The notes under the pieces are model-generated. The model saw only the letters and a program-made list of their open reading frames with translations. It did no database searches and was not told the DNA's origin. Below are positions 29,532-39,165 of a stretch of 64,000 nt of DNA, in pieces. The translations under genes were made by a program, and so were the position numbers. Where the stretch lies: IMG/VR virus record IMGVR_UViG_3300031712_000005; one strand, written 5' to 3'. Position 1 is the first letter of the stretch; each line of letters begins with the position of its first letter. Source of the DNA: an uncultured virus (IMG/VR IMGVR_UViG_3300031712_000005). Its lineage: Duplodnaviria; Heunggongvirae; Uroviricota; Caudoviricetes.

Positions 29532-29837
29532 GTGATGTCCGACTATCTCTGCATCATCCAGCGAGTAGCTAGTAGGTACCAAGCGGCATCTACTGACCAC
29601 ACGGCCTTCAAGTACGAACCCAAAGAGACGAAACAGCACAAGGCGGAGCGCGTCGGGGATAGTATTCGAGATGCCACTGGACTACAGAAGGGGGTGTCTT
29701 TTGCTATTGCAGAGGCCTTCGTTCGTGGGCGGGACATAAGCTTGCTTGCAACCCCCAAAGATTGGCCCATTGAACGAGGGTTAATCACGGGCCCCAAGGG
29801 CAAGATGCCAGTATCCGAGCTGTCTTCTTTACTTTGA
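29532..29837 (+). CDS. hypothetical protein (RVASRY motif)
   Basis: GGAG RBS. Confidence 0.7.
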   Translation: MMSDYLCIIQRVASRYQAASTDHTAFKYEPKETKQHKAERVGDSIRDATGLQKGVSFAIAEAFVRGRDISLLATPKDWPIERGLITGPKGKMPVSELSSLL

Positions 29838-29855
29838 ATACGGTTTCTGTATAAT
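29828..29855 (+). promoter_or_regulatory. sigma70-like promoter
   Basis: TTTACT-N16-TATAAT, 9 nt before ATG 29865. Confidence 0.5.
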
Positions 29856-29864
29856 TACCTGGCA

Positions 29865-30200
29865 ATGACGATGCCAGGTAAGAAGAGCATACTCGTAGAA
29901 GGCAGAACCTACCCGTATGTCATCAAGTTCGGGTCTTCCCATCTTGACGGTGAGACCTCAAAGGTTGTTAAACTCACATTCCGAATGGATTCAAAGAAGT
30001 ACGTGAGTGCTCGATTCGAGTCCAAGTTGTGGACTCGGGATCACGAGGACAACCACGACAGTGCCCCCCTCCACAAGAACAGCTTTACTCCGAAGGACGT
30101 GGCTGCTGTTATCAAGGGTTTGGTGGGAGGAGAGCTACCGCCTGACTTCGAGTTGGACACCTGGCGGCTCACCAAAGACCCTCAGCGGGTGCGCCCATGA
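29865..30200 (+). CDS. hypothetical protein
   Basis: 111 aa. Confidence 0.65.
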   Translation: MTMPGKKSILVEGRTYPYVIKFGSSHLDGETSKVVKLTFRMDSKKYVSARFESKLWTRDHEDNHDSAPLHKNSFTPKDVAAVIKGLVGGELPPDFELDTWRLTKDPQRVRP

Positions 30201-30490
30201 GGTTCCCCGAGGTCCTTATAGTCCCAGCTTCCACAACACCAGAACAGCAAGCCGACTGCGTTTTGAACGGTGTGCTCCCTCCAGGTTCTAGAGAGATGAG
30301 CCTGGAGGACTTCAAGAAGGCCGGTAGGGTCGAGGACTGCGATTGCGGTCACCTTCAGTGCGTCTGTGAGCTGGTAAGACAACACAAGGAGGACTGCCCC
30401 TTGAGGCTAGCAATAAGCTGCGCCATCCCCATCGAGTGTGACAAGCATGGGGATGACGTCTGTCCTATCTGCAACCCTTGCACATGCTAG
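30197..30490 (+). CDS. Cys-rich small protein
   Basis: CDC..CVC..C..C..C..CPIC.PCTC. ATGA overlap. Confidence 0.65.
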   Translation: MRFPEVLIVPASTTPEQQADCVLNGVLPPGSREMSLEDFKKAGRVEDCDCGHLQCVCELVRQHKEDCPLRLAISCAIPIECDKHGDDVCPICNPCTC

Positions 30491-31164
30491 CTGAGAGAGA
30501 TCCCAACGTCATCCGCCGCCTGCATCTCTTCAATGGTCTTGAGCTTCTCTGTCTTGATGTAGGTGATACGATGGATTGGAGTGACCCCTAGGCGTTTGAT
30601 AGCTTCCTGATGCTCTTTGGTTCCGTATCCTTGATTCTCGTGGAGGTTGTATCCAGGGTACTTCTCGGCCAGCTGCCACATGTAACGGTCGTGTAGTACC
30701 TTGCCAATGATGCTGGCTGCCATCACCGCGGGGACAATGCCATCGGCTTCAGGGAAGTTCAGGTGGTTAACTCCGGGTAGTTTGACTTCACCGTCGAGTA
30801 TGATGAGCGACTCCGGGTACTGGGCGAGGATGGACTGGACCACTTCTCGGTAGCACCGGCGTAAGGACAGCATGACCCCATGACGGTCAATTTCTTCCGA
30901 TTGAGCCATGGCGATTGCATAGGGTACCCTGGACTTCAGCCATCCGAACAGCTCCTCCCTCTTCTTGGGGCGGACCTTCTTCGAGTCATTTAAGTCCTTG
31001 GGCGGTCGCCAATCGTGCTTGACCGCAACCGCGCAAACTATGAGGGGACCAGCCCAGCTACCGTACCCGCACTCGTCGGCCCCTATGATAAATGGCTTGG
31101 TGTGACGAAGTTCTTCGTATTCCGGCGGCGGGGCCTTTGGAGCCTTAGATTTTCTTGCCGCCAT
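30487..31164 (-). CDS. rnhB: ribonuclease HII
   Basis: IGADECGYG, LNDSKK, LDG, AASIIGKV, GYGT..H, PIHR. Confidence 0.92.
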   Translation of the reverse strand: MAARKSKAPKAPPPEYEELRHTKPFIIGADECGYGSWAGPLIVCAVAVKHDWRPPKDLNDSKKVRPKKREELFGWLKSRVPYAIAMAQSEEIDRHGVMLSLRRCYREVVQSILAQYPESLIILDGEVKLPGVNHLNFPEADGIVPAVMAASIIGKVLHDRYMWQLAEKYPGYNLHENQGYGTKEHQEAIKRLGVTPIHRITYIKTEKLKTIEEMQAADDVGISLS

Positions 31165-31702
31165 GACGATAGGGCCTTGTCCGGTTGAAAGCGGTCTTCT
31201 CATCAATGACTGCCCATAGATCTATACCAACGACCTCAGCCATTTGGAAGGAATAAGTCACGGCTACAGCCATCCAGAAAGCCATCCCTAGTACGTGATC
31301 TGACCAAGCTTTGGACAGAGCGTAGTTAATGCGCGCCAACCATTCTTCAAAGTCAGCCTCTGTAAGTGGTTGTGGGCCGTTCTTGACGTAAGTCTCCAGA
31401 TCTATGTTGTACTTTCCGCAGTAGTCAGCTATACGAATTACCAGGTCCGCAAGCTCAACGGGTATTCCGCAAGGCTTGTCACCGGGTGCGCCGATCGTGG
31501 TGTAGTGGCACCCATCAGCTTCGTGGTGCACTTCATACCAGACTTCAGTGAGTCCCTTGTGCTTTCGATACTCTTCTAGGATCTCGGCTACCTCACTCTG
31601 CATGAGCAAGGTGAGAGCTGCAAGAGATCTCTCCTCGTCATGCCACCCATGCTCCATAGCAATCTTGTACGATTCGGTCACTAGATCGTTTAGTCTTCCC
31701 AT
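31145..31702 (-). CDS. MazG-like NTP pyrophosphohydrolase
   Basis: SEVAEILEE, ELADLVIRIAD, EKTAFNRTRPYRHGGK. CGGTGTA on the minus strand 12 nt upstream. Confidence 0.8.
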   Translation of the reverse strand: MGRLNDLVTESYKIAMEHGWHDEERSLAALTLLMQSEVAEILEEYRKHKGLTEVWYEVHHEADGCHYTTIGAPGDKPCGIPVELADLVIRIADYCGKYNIDLETYVKNGPQPLTEADFEEWLARINYALSKAWSDHVLGMAFWMAVAVTYSFQMAEVVGIDLWAVIDEKTAFNRTRPYRHGGKKI

Positions 31703-31746
31703 TTGCCAATTGAATACACCGGCTCTAAAGGGTACTCTGATCCACG

Positions 31747-32604
31747 ATGGCTAACCCCAAAGCACTCAGTGGGAAGGAACTCAACTTCCCGTACTCGCTC
31801 TCACGCTGGACTGATGTCCCAATGGACAAGTGGGACTTTTTCAAAGCAATCATGAAGCAAAGGGAGATGCTAGGCTTTCATCCAGAGCAGATGGTACCCT
31901 ATCGGTGGTCTCTGCGCGCCGATGACACCCTTGGTCTGATCTTTTGGACGAAAGATCCAACCAATGTCATCTGGGAGAACTTGCCTGAGAAGGGGTACAA
32001 GGTCAAGCTCCACGTCACGGTGACGGGGTGGGAAGAAGTCGAGCCCAAGGCTCCTGACATCAACAATGGGGCTAACCTACTGTCGTTGGCCAATCATCTA
32101 CTAGGTCCTGATAATGTCTACTGGAGGTTCTCTCCGATCCCAATACTACCCCAAGACGAACTAATCCGGCGCTTTCAGCTCATTATGGCTCGGTCTTCGG
32201 AAGAAGGAATGAAGAGGGTCTATGCCTCGTTCCTTCAAGAGAATGATTTGATGCCTGAGACTCGCTCGGAGGGTGATCGCTTGGACATATTGGTTCAGAT
32301 GGGTGAAGTAGCCCAACAGTATGGGGTCAGGGTCCTTTTGTGCAATGAAGACAAGCTATTAATGCAGCATCCTGACCTGCACCCTAATGTTGGATCTGGG
32401 GTTTGCGCTCCACCTGAGGACTTTGCTCTCCCGAAGCGTGACAAGCCCCCGTCGGAGGGATGCGGTTGTGTCTTGATGGTGGATCCTTTTGGAATCAACG
32501 AGTCGTGCAGCGTCGGGTGTAAATACTGCTATGCGGCTGATCGCTCGAATAACCACCATCGAAGTGATTCAAGTAGAGAGCACCTGAAGATTCTGCAAGG
32601 TTAG
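31747..32604 (+). CDS. DUF1848-like Fe-S/radical-SAM-related protein
   Basis: SRWTDVP, FWTKDP, WRFSPI, CGC...C..GCKYCYA. Confidence 0.8.
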   Translation: MANPKALSGKELNFPYSLSRWTDVPMDKWDFFKAIMKQREMLGFHPEQMVPYRWSLRADDTLGLIFWTKDPTNVIWENLPEKGYKVKLHVTVTGWEEVEPKAPDINNGANLLSLANHLLGPDNVYWRFSPIPILPQDELIRRFQLIMARSSEEGMKRVYASFLQENDLMPETRSEGDRLDILVQMGEVAQQYGVRVLLCNEDKLLMQHPDLHPNVGSGVCAPPEDFALPKRDKPPSEGCGCVLMVDPFGINESCSVGCKYCYAADRSNNHHRSDSSREHLKILQG

Positions 32605-32606
32605 CC

Positions 32607-32861
32607 ATGGATCTCGAAGAATTATCACCACTGCAAGAAGCACTCAACGCTAACTCACCAGACTTCACTCTTGAAGAGGCAGAATCATCGGTTGAGACAA
32701 GTAACCCAGATGACTTCATAGCTAGGGTAGTTGAGTTTGTCAGAACTCACGATAGTCCATCGTACCAAGCATCCAGAAAAATATTCAATGGGGTCAACTA
32801 TCATGTAGTCATTTCAGGAGAGTCCAAAGGAGTCTTCAAGATGGAGTGGCTCCCCCGATGA
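32607..32861 (+). CDS. hypothetical protein
   Basis: 84 aa in operon context. Confidence 0.6.
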   Translation: MDLEELSPLQEALNANSPDFTLEEAESSVETSNPDDFIARVVEFVRTHDSPSYQASRKIFNGVNYHVVISGESKGVFKMEWLPR

Positions 32862-32891
32862 AATTCTTGTCTGTTCGGTGTCTTGAGGATC

Positions 32892-33233
32892 ATGTCAGAC
32901 ACCGAACCAAGCTGCTGGGACCGTTGCGAGGGGATGGTAGTACCCTCGTTGTGTGACGGGGATGTGAGTAACAACTACTGGTTTGAAGGCGGAGTTTGCA
33001 TGCTAGATCAGGGTGGAGTGGGTAAGGCTCAAGTAGTGGATATCATCCAGCACAACCCACAAGCCCGGCTAGATCTTGCACGCGTGACGACTTGCCTTGA
33101 GATCCTTCAACTCTTGGAGCAGGTACCCTTGCTGCCGACTACGCAAGAGGATGACCTAGCTCAGAGTGAGTTCAACAAGGCTGACTGTCTTCCATACTAC
33201 ACAATTTATCGTGGGAGCACGACGGATCGATGA
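32892..33233 (+). CDS. hypothetical protein
   Basis: GAGG RBS. Variant element CGGTGTC 9 nt upstream. Confidence 0.6.
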   Translation: MSDTEPSCWDRCEGMVVPSLCDGDVSNNYWFEGGVCMLDQGGVGKAQVVDIIQHNPQARLDLARVTTCLEILQLLEQVPLLPTTQEDDLAQSEFNKADCLPYYTIYRGSTTDR

Positions 33234-33580
33234 GTGCGTTACGTAAAATCCGGCGCCAACAAGAACGCAAAGGGATCAGCAATCCTCTAAAGGTTATTGA
33301 AGGCCTATCAAGCCTCAGTAGTCTGACTGAACTAGCTCCTAAGATCAATGAGTTCATCGTTGCTGCCAACAAGATGGAAGCGTTGGTTGGAGACTTGGAG
33401 GGTGCTGAGGGCCTGCTCGAAAGTGTCACTCACATCAAGAATACCTTTGAATCCTTAGTGATACGCCAAGGTCAATGCGAGTTAGTGGTAAAGGAGATCC
33501 TCAGGCTGCTGTATCAAGGGGATGAGGTTATTGACTCGAAACTGAAAAAACTTGAGGATTCTCTCGGGGATCATGACTAA
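33230..33580 (+). CDS. hypothetical coiled-coil protein
   Basis: ATGA overlap. Confidence 0.65.
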   Translation: MSALRKIRRQQERKGISNPLKVIEGLSSLSSLTELAPKINEFIVAANKMEALVGDLEGAEGLLESVTHIKNTFESLVIRQGQCELVVKEILRLLYQGDEVIDSKLKKLEDSLGDHD

Positions 33581-34097
33581 TGAAAACAAGATTGATGACG
33601 GAGAAGAAGTCCAATTTACCAAAGAGCCCAGCGGAATGGGACACTCTAGCTTCGAAGGCGATTCGGTTGGCGGAGAAGACAGGAGACCAGCGGACGTACT
33701 CTCTCAAGAAGGCAATTCAGGAGGGTCGGTCAGAGAAAATTCTTCGAGGCTACGGGATCATCTCGGACACAGACCTGGCACGAGAATTCCGGGTACTCGA
33801 GTAGTTGACCCGTCTGAGACCCTATTCAAGGCCTTCCTTGAAGGGGACTTCGAAAAAGCTTATCTTGCAGCTGAAGATCTAAGGGCCGCGTACCACGAAG
33901 CTTTGAACGAGGGTGCGCGTCTCCGATATCGATCAAACTTTGGTACTGATCTATGCGAACACTGCGATGGTCTTAAGGCCGGCCCTGGTGTTCTTGCCAC
34001 TTGTTTTCAAGTGCAAAAATGTAATTTTGACAGCATTCACGAAGGTTCCGAAAGCTTGTTGCATCTGAAGATCATAGACCGACTTTCCCTAAAGTGA
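33573..34097 (+). CDS. hypothetical protein with C-terminal CxxC..C..C domain
   Basis: The only in-frame canonical starts lie upstream of the nested ORF. Confidence 0.55.
   Translation: MTNENKIDDGEEVQFTKEPSGMGHSSFEGDSVGGEDRRPADVLSQEGNSGGSVRENSSRLRDHLGHRPGTRIPGTRVVDPSETLFKAFLEGDFEKAYLAAEDLRAAYHEALNEGARLRYRSNFGTDLCEHCDGLKAGPGVLATCFQVQKCNFDSIHEGSESLLHLKIIDRLSLK
33580..33804 (+). CDS. hypothetical helical protein (nested in the 33573..34097 ORF)
   Basis: TAATG coupling. Protein-like composition. Confidence 0.55.
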   Translation: MKTRLMTEKKSNLPKSPAEWDTLASKAIRLAEKTGDQRTYSLKKAIQEGRSEKILRGYGIISDTDLAREFRVLE

Positions 34098-34123
34098 AAC
34101 TAACCCGAATCTAGGATTAAGGC

Positions 34124-34152
34124 TTGCACCCTAATTGGTCCTAAAGTACTAT
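34124..34152 (+). promoter_or_regulatory. sigma70-like promoter
   Basis: TTGCAC-N17-TACTAT. Confidence 0.6.
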
Positions 34153-34212
34153 TCGCTCGCCTGTCTAATAAAGTCCCAACTCGGGTCGAGGTACATCTGA
34201 AAGGATCGGACT

Positions 34213-34992
34213 ATGCCAACTAGTATTGCAGACCTTCATAGGTCGCGATTGGAAGCTCTTCTGGCCATCGAGATTGAATTCCAAAGGAAGGTCCTGGCTC
34301 TCTCAAATCAGAGGATTTCAGAGATTAAGAAGTCGATTGCCGGGATAGATGATTTGCATATCGATGTTGATGGTGATTCAACTATCACTACGCTACTCGG
34401 TACTGAAACTCACCCCGTCAGCTCAACCAAACACCACTCCGCAACCTCTGTGAGTACTTCCTCGACTAGCAAGAAAAAGAAGAAGCATAAGAAGTCGACC
34501 CCACCGACTAAGCCAATCAAAGTAGCGAGCGGAAAGGCACCGCGGATCATTGATGCCATCCAGATTGTGATGCGCAACAAGGATATGAAGGCTCAACAGA
34601 TTCACGAATTGTTGAAAGCCAAGGGTTGGCTGCCAAACTCTAGAGATCCTATGGGGTATATTCGATTCACCTTGTCGAGTGAAGGCGACATCTTCCAACG
34701 CAAGGAGGGGGAGCGTGGGGTTTATCATCTTGATCCGACCAACCCTTACTACACGGGTAAGTTTAATTCGACCAAGGGTGGTTCGAAGCCCCCCAAGCCT
34801 GACACTGAAGAACCTGAGCCGACACCAAAGTCATCGGTTACCGCTAGTCCAACTGTAAGTCCTGTTCTAGAAGAAGTAGAAGAGCAGGTGGAACCACCAA
34901 GAGGTGAGTCTGAAGCTCCTCCTCCGATTAGTGTTGCCGAGTCATTCTCTACTGTGGATCAGATGATGAGTGGCAGTATTCCACTCGATTAG
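34213..34992 (+). CDS. winged-helix (HARE-HTH-like) DNA-binding protein
   Basis: IIDAIQIVM...M...IHELL...GW...I...LS...F.R...GVYHL, with Lys-rich and Pro/Glu-rich flanks. Confidence 0.65.
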   Translation: MPTSIADLHRSRLEALLAIEIEFQRKVLALSNQRISEIKKSIAGIDDLHIDVDGDSTITTLLGTETHPVSSTKHHSATSVSTSSTSKKKKKHKKSTPPTKPIKVASGKAPRIIDAIQIVMRNKDMKAQQIHELLKAKGWLPNSRDPMGYIRFTLSSEGDIFQRKEGERGVYHLDPTNPYYTGKFNSTKGGSKPPKPDTEEPEPTPKSSVTASPTVSPVLEEVEEQVEPPRGESEAPPPISVAESFSTVDQMMSGSIPLD

Positions 34993-35057
34993 ACTAGCCT
35001 AGCCCACGGGGCCAAGATTATCTTTTGGCCCCTCCTCCGATGGTGTATACTCCCATT

Positions 35058-35585
35058 GTGGACGTAGGTGATCTCGTAAACTACAAGGACCAGCGATGGT
35101 TCATTCTAAGCTACGACAGGGCAGCTCGCGTAGTAGCCCTGTTCAATCAGCTTGGTGAACGCGTCGAACTACCCCGTGAGTTCGAGACTACTAATCCCGA
35201 AGATCTTCAGGTCATCGTCAACCCATCAAAGAAGTGGCAGCTACTGACTGCTCCGATCAAGTCAGCTGCTGGCCCTTTCGTGAAGATGGTGATCCCTGGG
35301 CTTCCTGGGAGGGGTGAGATCGTCCTCGAACCTTGGGTTGATTGGATTCCAAGTGATCCACTACGCGAGGGTGGATCCTTCTTCGTGAACCCTGCGTGCA
35401 AGATTCGTCCTGGGGTTCTTATCCTAGCTACCCATCGGAATGGCTCTGTCATTCGAGTTACAGTCCAGCAGACGATTGGAACCGTAGCTAAGCGCAAGGC
35501 AGCAAAGGCTGCAGTAGCACCAAGTCCAGAACCCTACACGAGATACTCAAGAATCTTGAAGGGGTTCGAATCGAATGACAAGTAA
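35058..35585 (+). CDS. hypothetical protein ending YTRYSRILK
   Basis: GTG 35058 lies 10 nt after TGGTGTA (35041). Confidence 0.7.
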   Translation: MDVGDLVNYKDQRWFILSYDRAARVVALFNQLGERVELPREFETTNPEDLQVIVNPSKKWQLLTAPIKSAAGPFVKMVIPGLPGRGEIVLEPWVDWIPSDPLREGGSFFVNPACKIRPGVLILATHRNGSVIRVTVQQTIGTVAKRKAAKAAVAPSPEPYTRYSRILKGFESNDK

Positions 35586-36216
35586 ACGCCACCTTCCCAT
35601 CCTCATCGAGTCCTCGGTCAACAAGGTGAACTTGCTTCGAGTTAACCTGATGACTGAGTTCGAGCGCAAGGTTCGATTTGACTTCAAGGTCTCAAAAGGA
35701 CCTGTCACTTGTACTCCTGGTTGCGCGTGGTGTTGTCACCATCCAGTAGCTATATCGATTCTGGAGGGCATCACTATCTACCGGTGGTTGGTCAAGCAGG
35801 GTAAGTGGTCGCTGAAGCTGAAGGAAGAGCTAAAGAAGTCAGCTGAAATGCAGTTCGAGTTGACTCCTGAGGTGTGGCTTAGGGCGTTGATCCCTTGTCC
35901 ACTCCTGGGTACTGATAACAAGTGCACCGTCTACTCTACCCGCCCTCTAATCTGCAGGTCCTACTACGCTACAAGCGACCCACACTACTGCCATCCTCAT
36001 AGGATCTCCAGTACAAAAACCAAGTTACTTCCTAGGAAGAGGGTGGTTGACTCCTTTCATCGAGAGCAAGAGTTGTTGCTCCGAAAGTTCAAGCTCCAAC
36101 TTCTAACTATGCCGATTGGTGCTGCTCTGCTCATGGCCGACAAGGTCTGTACTGAACAGATCGACTTGGATACCCTGGATGGGATTATCCTAAGGGAATA
36201 CGGAGATAGGGTGTGA
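35575..36216 (+). CDS. YkgJ-family CxxxCxxCC Fe-S/Zn cluster protein
   Basis: CTPGCAWCC, CPLL, CTVYSTRPLICR. Confidence 0.85.
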   Translation: MTSKRHLPILIESSVNKVNLLRVNLMTEFERKVRFDFKVSKGPVTCTPGCAWCCHHPVAISILEGITIYRWLVKQGKWSLKLKEELKKSAEMQFELTPEVWLRALIPCPLLGTDNKCTVYSTRPLICRSYYATSDPHYCHPHRISSTKTKLLPRKRVVDSFHREQELLLRKFKLQLLTMPIGAALLMADKVCTEQIDLDTLDGIILREYGDRV

Positions 36217-36518
36217 AGCACAATTGCGCTATCTGTGGTCGTGAGCGTGAAGTCAGTGAGTTGGAAGTCTTCAAGGTCAAGGAGACTGAGACCGCGGCTA
36301 TAGCAAGGATGTCAGGCGGTAAGGTTCCCTTCGAGGTTGCCTTGTGCAAACCTTGCGCTCGTCTTATGAGCAACAAAGACACCGCACTACAACTCATTCG
36401 TGGCACACTAGTAGCTGGTTTTAGAGCCTATGGTGTATCGATCTCGAAGGCTGAGGCGGTTGCAGACGCCTTTTGCAAGAAGTTAGCAGACGCAACCCCC
36501 AACACCCCAGTATCGTGA
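36213..36518 (+). CDS. Zn-ribbon protein
   Basis: CAIC...CKPC. Confidence 0.7.
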   Translation: MKHNCAICGREREVSELEVFKVKETETAAIARMSGGKVPFEVALCKPCARLMSNKDTALQLIRGTLVAGFRAYGVSISKAEAVADAFCKKLADATPNTPVS

Positions 36519-36523
36519 AGACT

Positions 36524-37015
36524 ATGCCTACTGAACAGCTTCCCGACAACGCAATGAACATCATGGCTCAGGCTATGAAGCAATCGATGCCTGAGCTGAA
36601 AACTCAGGTTCAATTCACAGCCTTTATGGCTGGGTTCGATGCTTTCAGGTTACTGTGCAACTCTATCTTTGCTGGTGACACCGCTCTTGAAGAGCAAGCG
36701 ATTGATGCATTCGAAAAGTCATTGGAGGCTATGAGAGTTGCCACCAAGCTTTCAAAGCAGTTTGAAGAGATCCCGGAAGAGGAACGGAGCCCGAGTGCTA
36801 ACCAGTTTGTAGAAGCTCCACTTCAGTTTGGTGAGTATGATCTTCAGAAGAAGTTACTCTCTGAGTTGAGTCGACTAACTAGTACGGGGAACTTGAACGC
36901 TTGGTACTCGAGCACCAAAGAAGAGCGTGAGAAGATTGTCTCTCAGTCACTTAGAAACATACTGTTTGACGAGATTCGTACCAAGCAAGATGCACTGAGG
37001 AAGTCTGAGCGTTAG
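36524..37015 (+). CDS. hypothetical helical protein
   Basis: Start MPTEQ inside the track ORF. Confidence 0.7.
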   Translation: MPTEQLPDNAMNIMAQAMKQSMPELKTQVQFTAFMAGFDAFRLLCNSIFAGDTALEEQAIDAFEKSLEAMRVATKLSKQFEEIPEEERSPSANQFVEAPLQFGEYDLQKKLLSELSRLTSTGNLNAWYSSTKEEREKIVSQSLRNILFDEIRTKQDALRKSER

Positions 37016-37032
37016 TCGGTGTACCGAGGGGG

Positions 37033-38028
37033 ATGTCGCTCTCTCTCGAAGACCTTAACAACGTTCACACAATCCTAGTTCACAAGAACTGCCCTGACGG
37101 TACTGCTTCAGGTATGATCCTGAAGCATGCTCTCAATCGTCCTGTTGTGTTCCTCCAGTATGGAACAAACGAGTATACTAACCTCCAAGCTATCCCTGGG
37201 ATGTTGTTCTGTGACGCCACTCCTCCACATGATAGAGTTCAGGAGTTCGTCGACGCTGGAGCCATTGTTCTAGACCATCACAAGGGGGCTCAGGATGTTG
37301 TTGCTAAGTTCGGGGAGCATGGGGTGTTCGCGGACGAGAAGGTAGAACCTGGAGTCTGTGGGGCAGTCCTAGCCTATCGAGAGGTATGGGTTCCGCTACT
37401 TGGCCCAATGGGCGAAGTAGCTGACTTCGCCCTTGTGGCTGGTATCCGAGACACCTGGCAGACTAAGAGCCCGCGTTGGGCTGAATCCTGTGCCCAAGCT
37501 TCTTGGGTGATGTTCTTCGGAGAAGAGGAGTGCCTGAAGGCTCCAATCTTTGGGGACCTCGACCGATGGAAGTTCCGCCAGAGTGTCGGGGACATGCTGT
37601 TTGCTGAGCACATGCGCAAGATCACGAAAGCGGTTGGTGGTTCATTTCGAACCAGTATCAATGGTCTCAGAGTGGCTATCCTCCAGGGGGCATCCAATTC
37701 AAGTGACGCGGCCGAGATGTTCGGTGAGGCATCTGAGGTAGACGTTGTCGTCGGATTCAGTTACTACAATGAAGTAGACCCTGATCGGGAGCAATGGTCA
37801 ACAGAGTTCAGCAAAGGCCTGAAGTTGGTCTGTTCTTGTCGAAGTCGTACAGCCTTCGATGTCTCTAAATTGGCTAAGTTCTATGGGGGTGGTGGGCACA
37901 CAAAGGCTGCCGGATTTACCACTCAAGTAGAGGAGGGACACTACAACCCCTACTTGAAGATCCTAGAACTCATTGACAACTACGTGGTTGCTAATCAGCG
38001 CAATCTTCCAGCTGACCTCAGAGGTTAG
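37033..38028 (+). CDS. DHH/DHHA1 phosphoesterase
   Basis: HKNCPDG, LDHH, GGGGHTKAAGF. CGGTGTA (37017) 9 nt upstream. Confidence 0.9.
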   Translation: MSLSLEDLNNVHTILVHKNCPDGTASGMILKHALNRPVVFLQYGTNEYTNLQAIPGMLFCDATPPHDRVQEFVDAGAIVLDHHKGAQDVVAKFGEHGVFADEKVEPGVCGAVLAYREVWVPLLGPMGEVADFALVAGIRDTWQTKSPRWAESCAQASWVMFFGEEECLKAPIFGDLDRWKFRQSVGDMLFAEHMRKITKAVGGSFRTSINGLRVAILQGASNSSDAAEMFGEASEVDVVVGFSYYNEVDPDREQWSTEFSKGLKLVCSCRSRTAFDVSKLAKFYGGGGHTKAAGFTTQVEEGHYNPYLKILELIDNYVVANQRNLPADLRG

Positions 38029-38839
38029 CGCTGATGAGTAGCTCTCCGATGGGGCCGCGCTTGTCTCCATCACTGTTGATGGATCTCACGGCTTGGACTC
38101 GTGAGATCCTGAAGCCCCGATATAGTTCTCGAGCTATCTTGGTGTCAGAGTTTGATAGTAGTACCGAGACCCCAGCGTCGGCCTTCTCCTTGAAGACTCG
38201 CGCGAGTCGAGTGTGCTCTTGAATACCGAACCCCTTGTCAGTGTACGCTGTGAAGTTTGCAGTTTCACTCTTGGGAAGGTAGGGGGGATCGAAATAGATG
38301 GTGTCCCCAGGCTTGGCATCGGCTATAGCGCTCTCGTAGTCCACGCACTTGATGAGTGTACCTTGGAGAGCCCGCGCAGCTTCCCTGAACCTTTGGGCAT
38401 CACAGAAGTTTGGGTTTGCATAGTCACCAAATGGGACATTGAAGCCACCACTCCCATTGACTCGATACAACCCATTGAATGCTGTCTTGTTCAGGAATAG
38501 GAACCGCGCTACCCTGAGCACTTGAGTTAGCTCAGATGGGTTGAGTGCTCTAATCTGATTGAAAAACTCACGGTTGTTCTGATATGTCCTCAAGATAGCA
38601 ACTAACTCATCAACTCGACCATCAGCAAGTAGCAAATAGGTGTCAATGAGTTCCTGGTTCACATCGGCTATGACCGCGCGCTCGAACACCTTGCGGTTGT
38701 AGAGTGCAAAGTATACAGCCCCTCCACCGATGAAGGGTTCGTAGTAGGTAGCGATCTTCTTAGATAGTCGCCTGCGGATATGGGCAAGTATCTGTCTCTT
38801 ACCACCGGCCCACTTAACTACGGGTTCTGCTGTTGTCAT
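38018..38839 (-). CDS. dam: Dam-like (D12 class) N6-adenine DNA methyltransferase
   Basis: KWAGGK, EPFIGGGAV, FNGLYRVN..G.FNVPFG, DPPY. CGGTGTA on the minus strand 11 nt upstream. Confidence 0.92.
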   Translation of the reverse strand: MTTAEPVVKWAGGKRQILAHIRRRLSKKIATYYEPFIGGGAVYFALYNRKVFERAVIADVNQELIDTYLLLADGRVDELVAILRTYQNNREFFNQIRALNPSELTQVLRVARFLFLNKTAFNGLYRVNGSGGFNVPFGDYANPNFCDAQRFREAARALQGTLIKCVDYESAIADAKPGDTIYFDPPYLPKSETANFTAYTDKGFGIQEHTRLARVFKEKADAGVSVLLSNSDTKIARELYRGFRISRVQAVRSINSDGDKRGPIGELLISANL

Positions 38840-38864
38840 GCCCCCACTGGTACACCGAGTGCTA

Positions 38865-39107
38865 TCAATCCAAGGCCTTGAAAACCCATTTCATGACACC
38901 GCGGGTGCTCAGATACAGCATTGTCCCTCTCCACTCGTAGCAATCGATCTCGAACTGAATAGGATTCTCCGTCATCAAGTCAATGTGCGCTTCCAAGTGA
39001 CTCCCTTCCTCGGTGACATAAACACTGACAACTCCAAATGTGGTTGGGTCCCAAGGTCCTGATTGAAGTACTCGCAATGCGTCCTGATGAAATGGTGTTA
39101 TTTGCAT
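38865..39107 (-). CDS. hypothetical protein
   Basis: 80 aa, co-oriented with dam. Confidence 0.5.
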   Translation of the reverse strand: MQITPFHQDALRVLQSGPWDPTTFGVVSVYVTEEGSHLEAHIDLMTENPIQFEIDCYEWRGTMLYLSTRGVMKWVFKALD

Positions 39108-39165
39108 TAGGTCACCCTACTTACCTTGATGAGGTTGGCCAAATTTCTATCTATAAAATGTCTCT

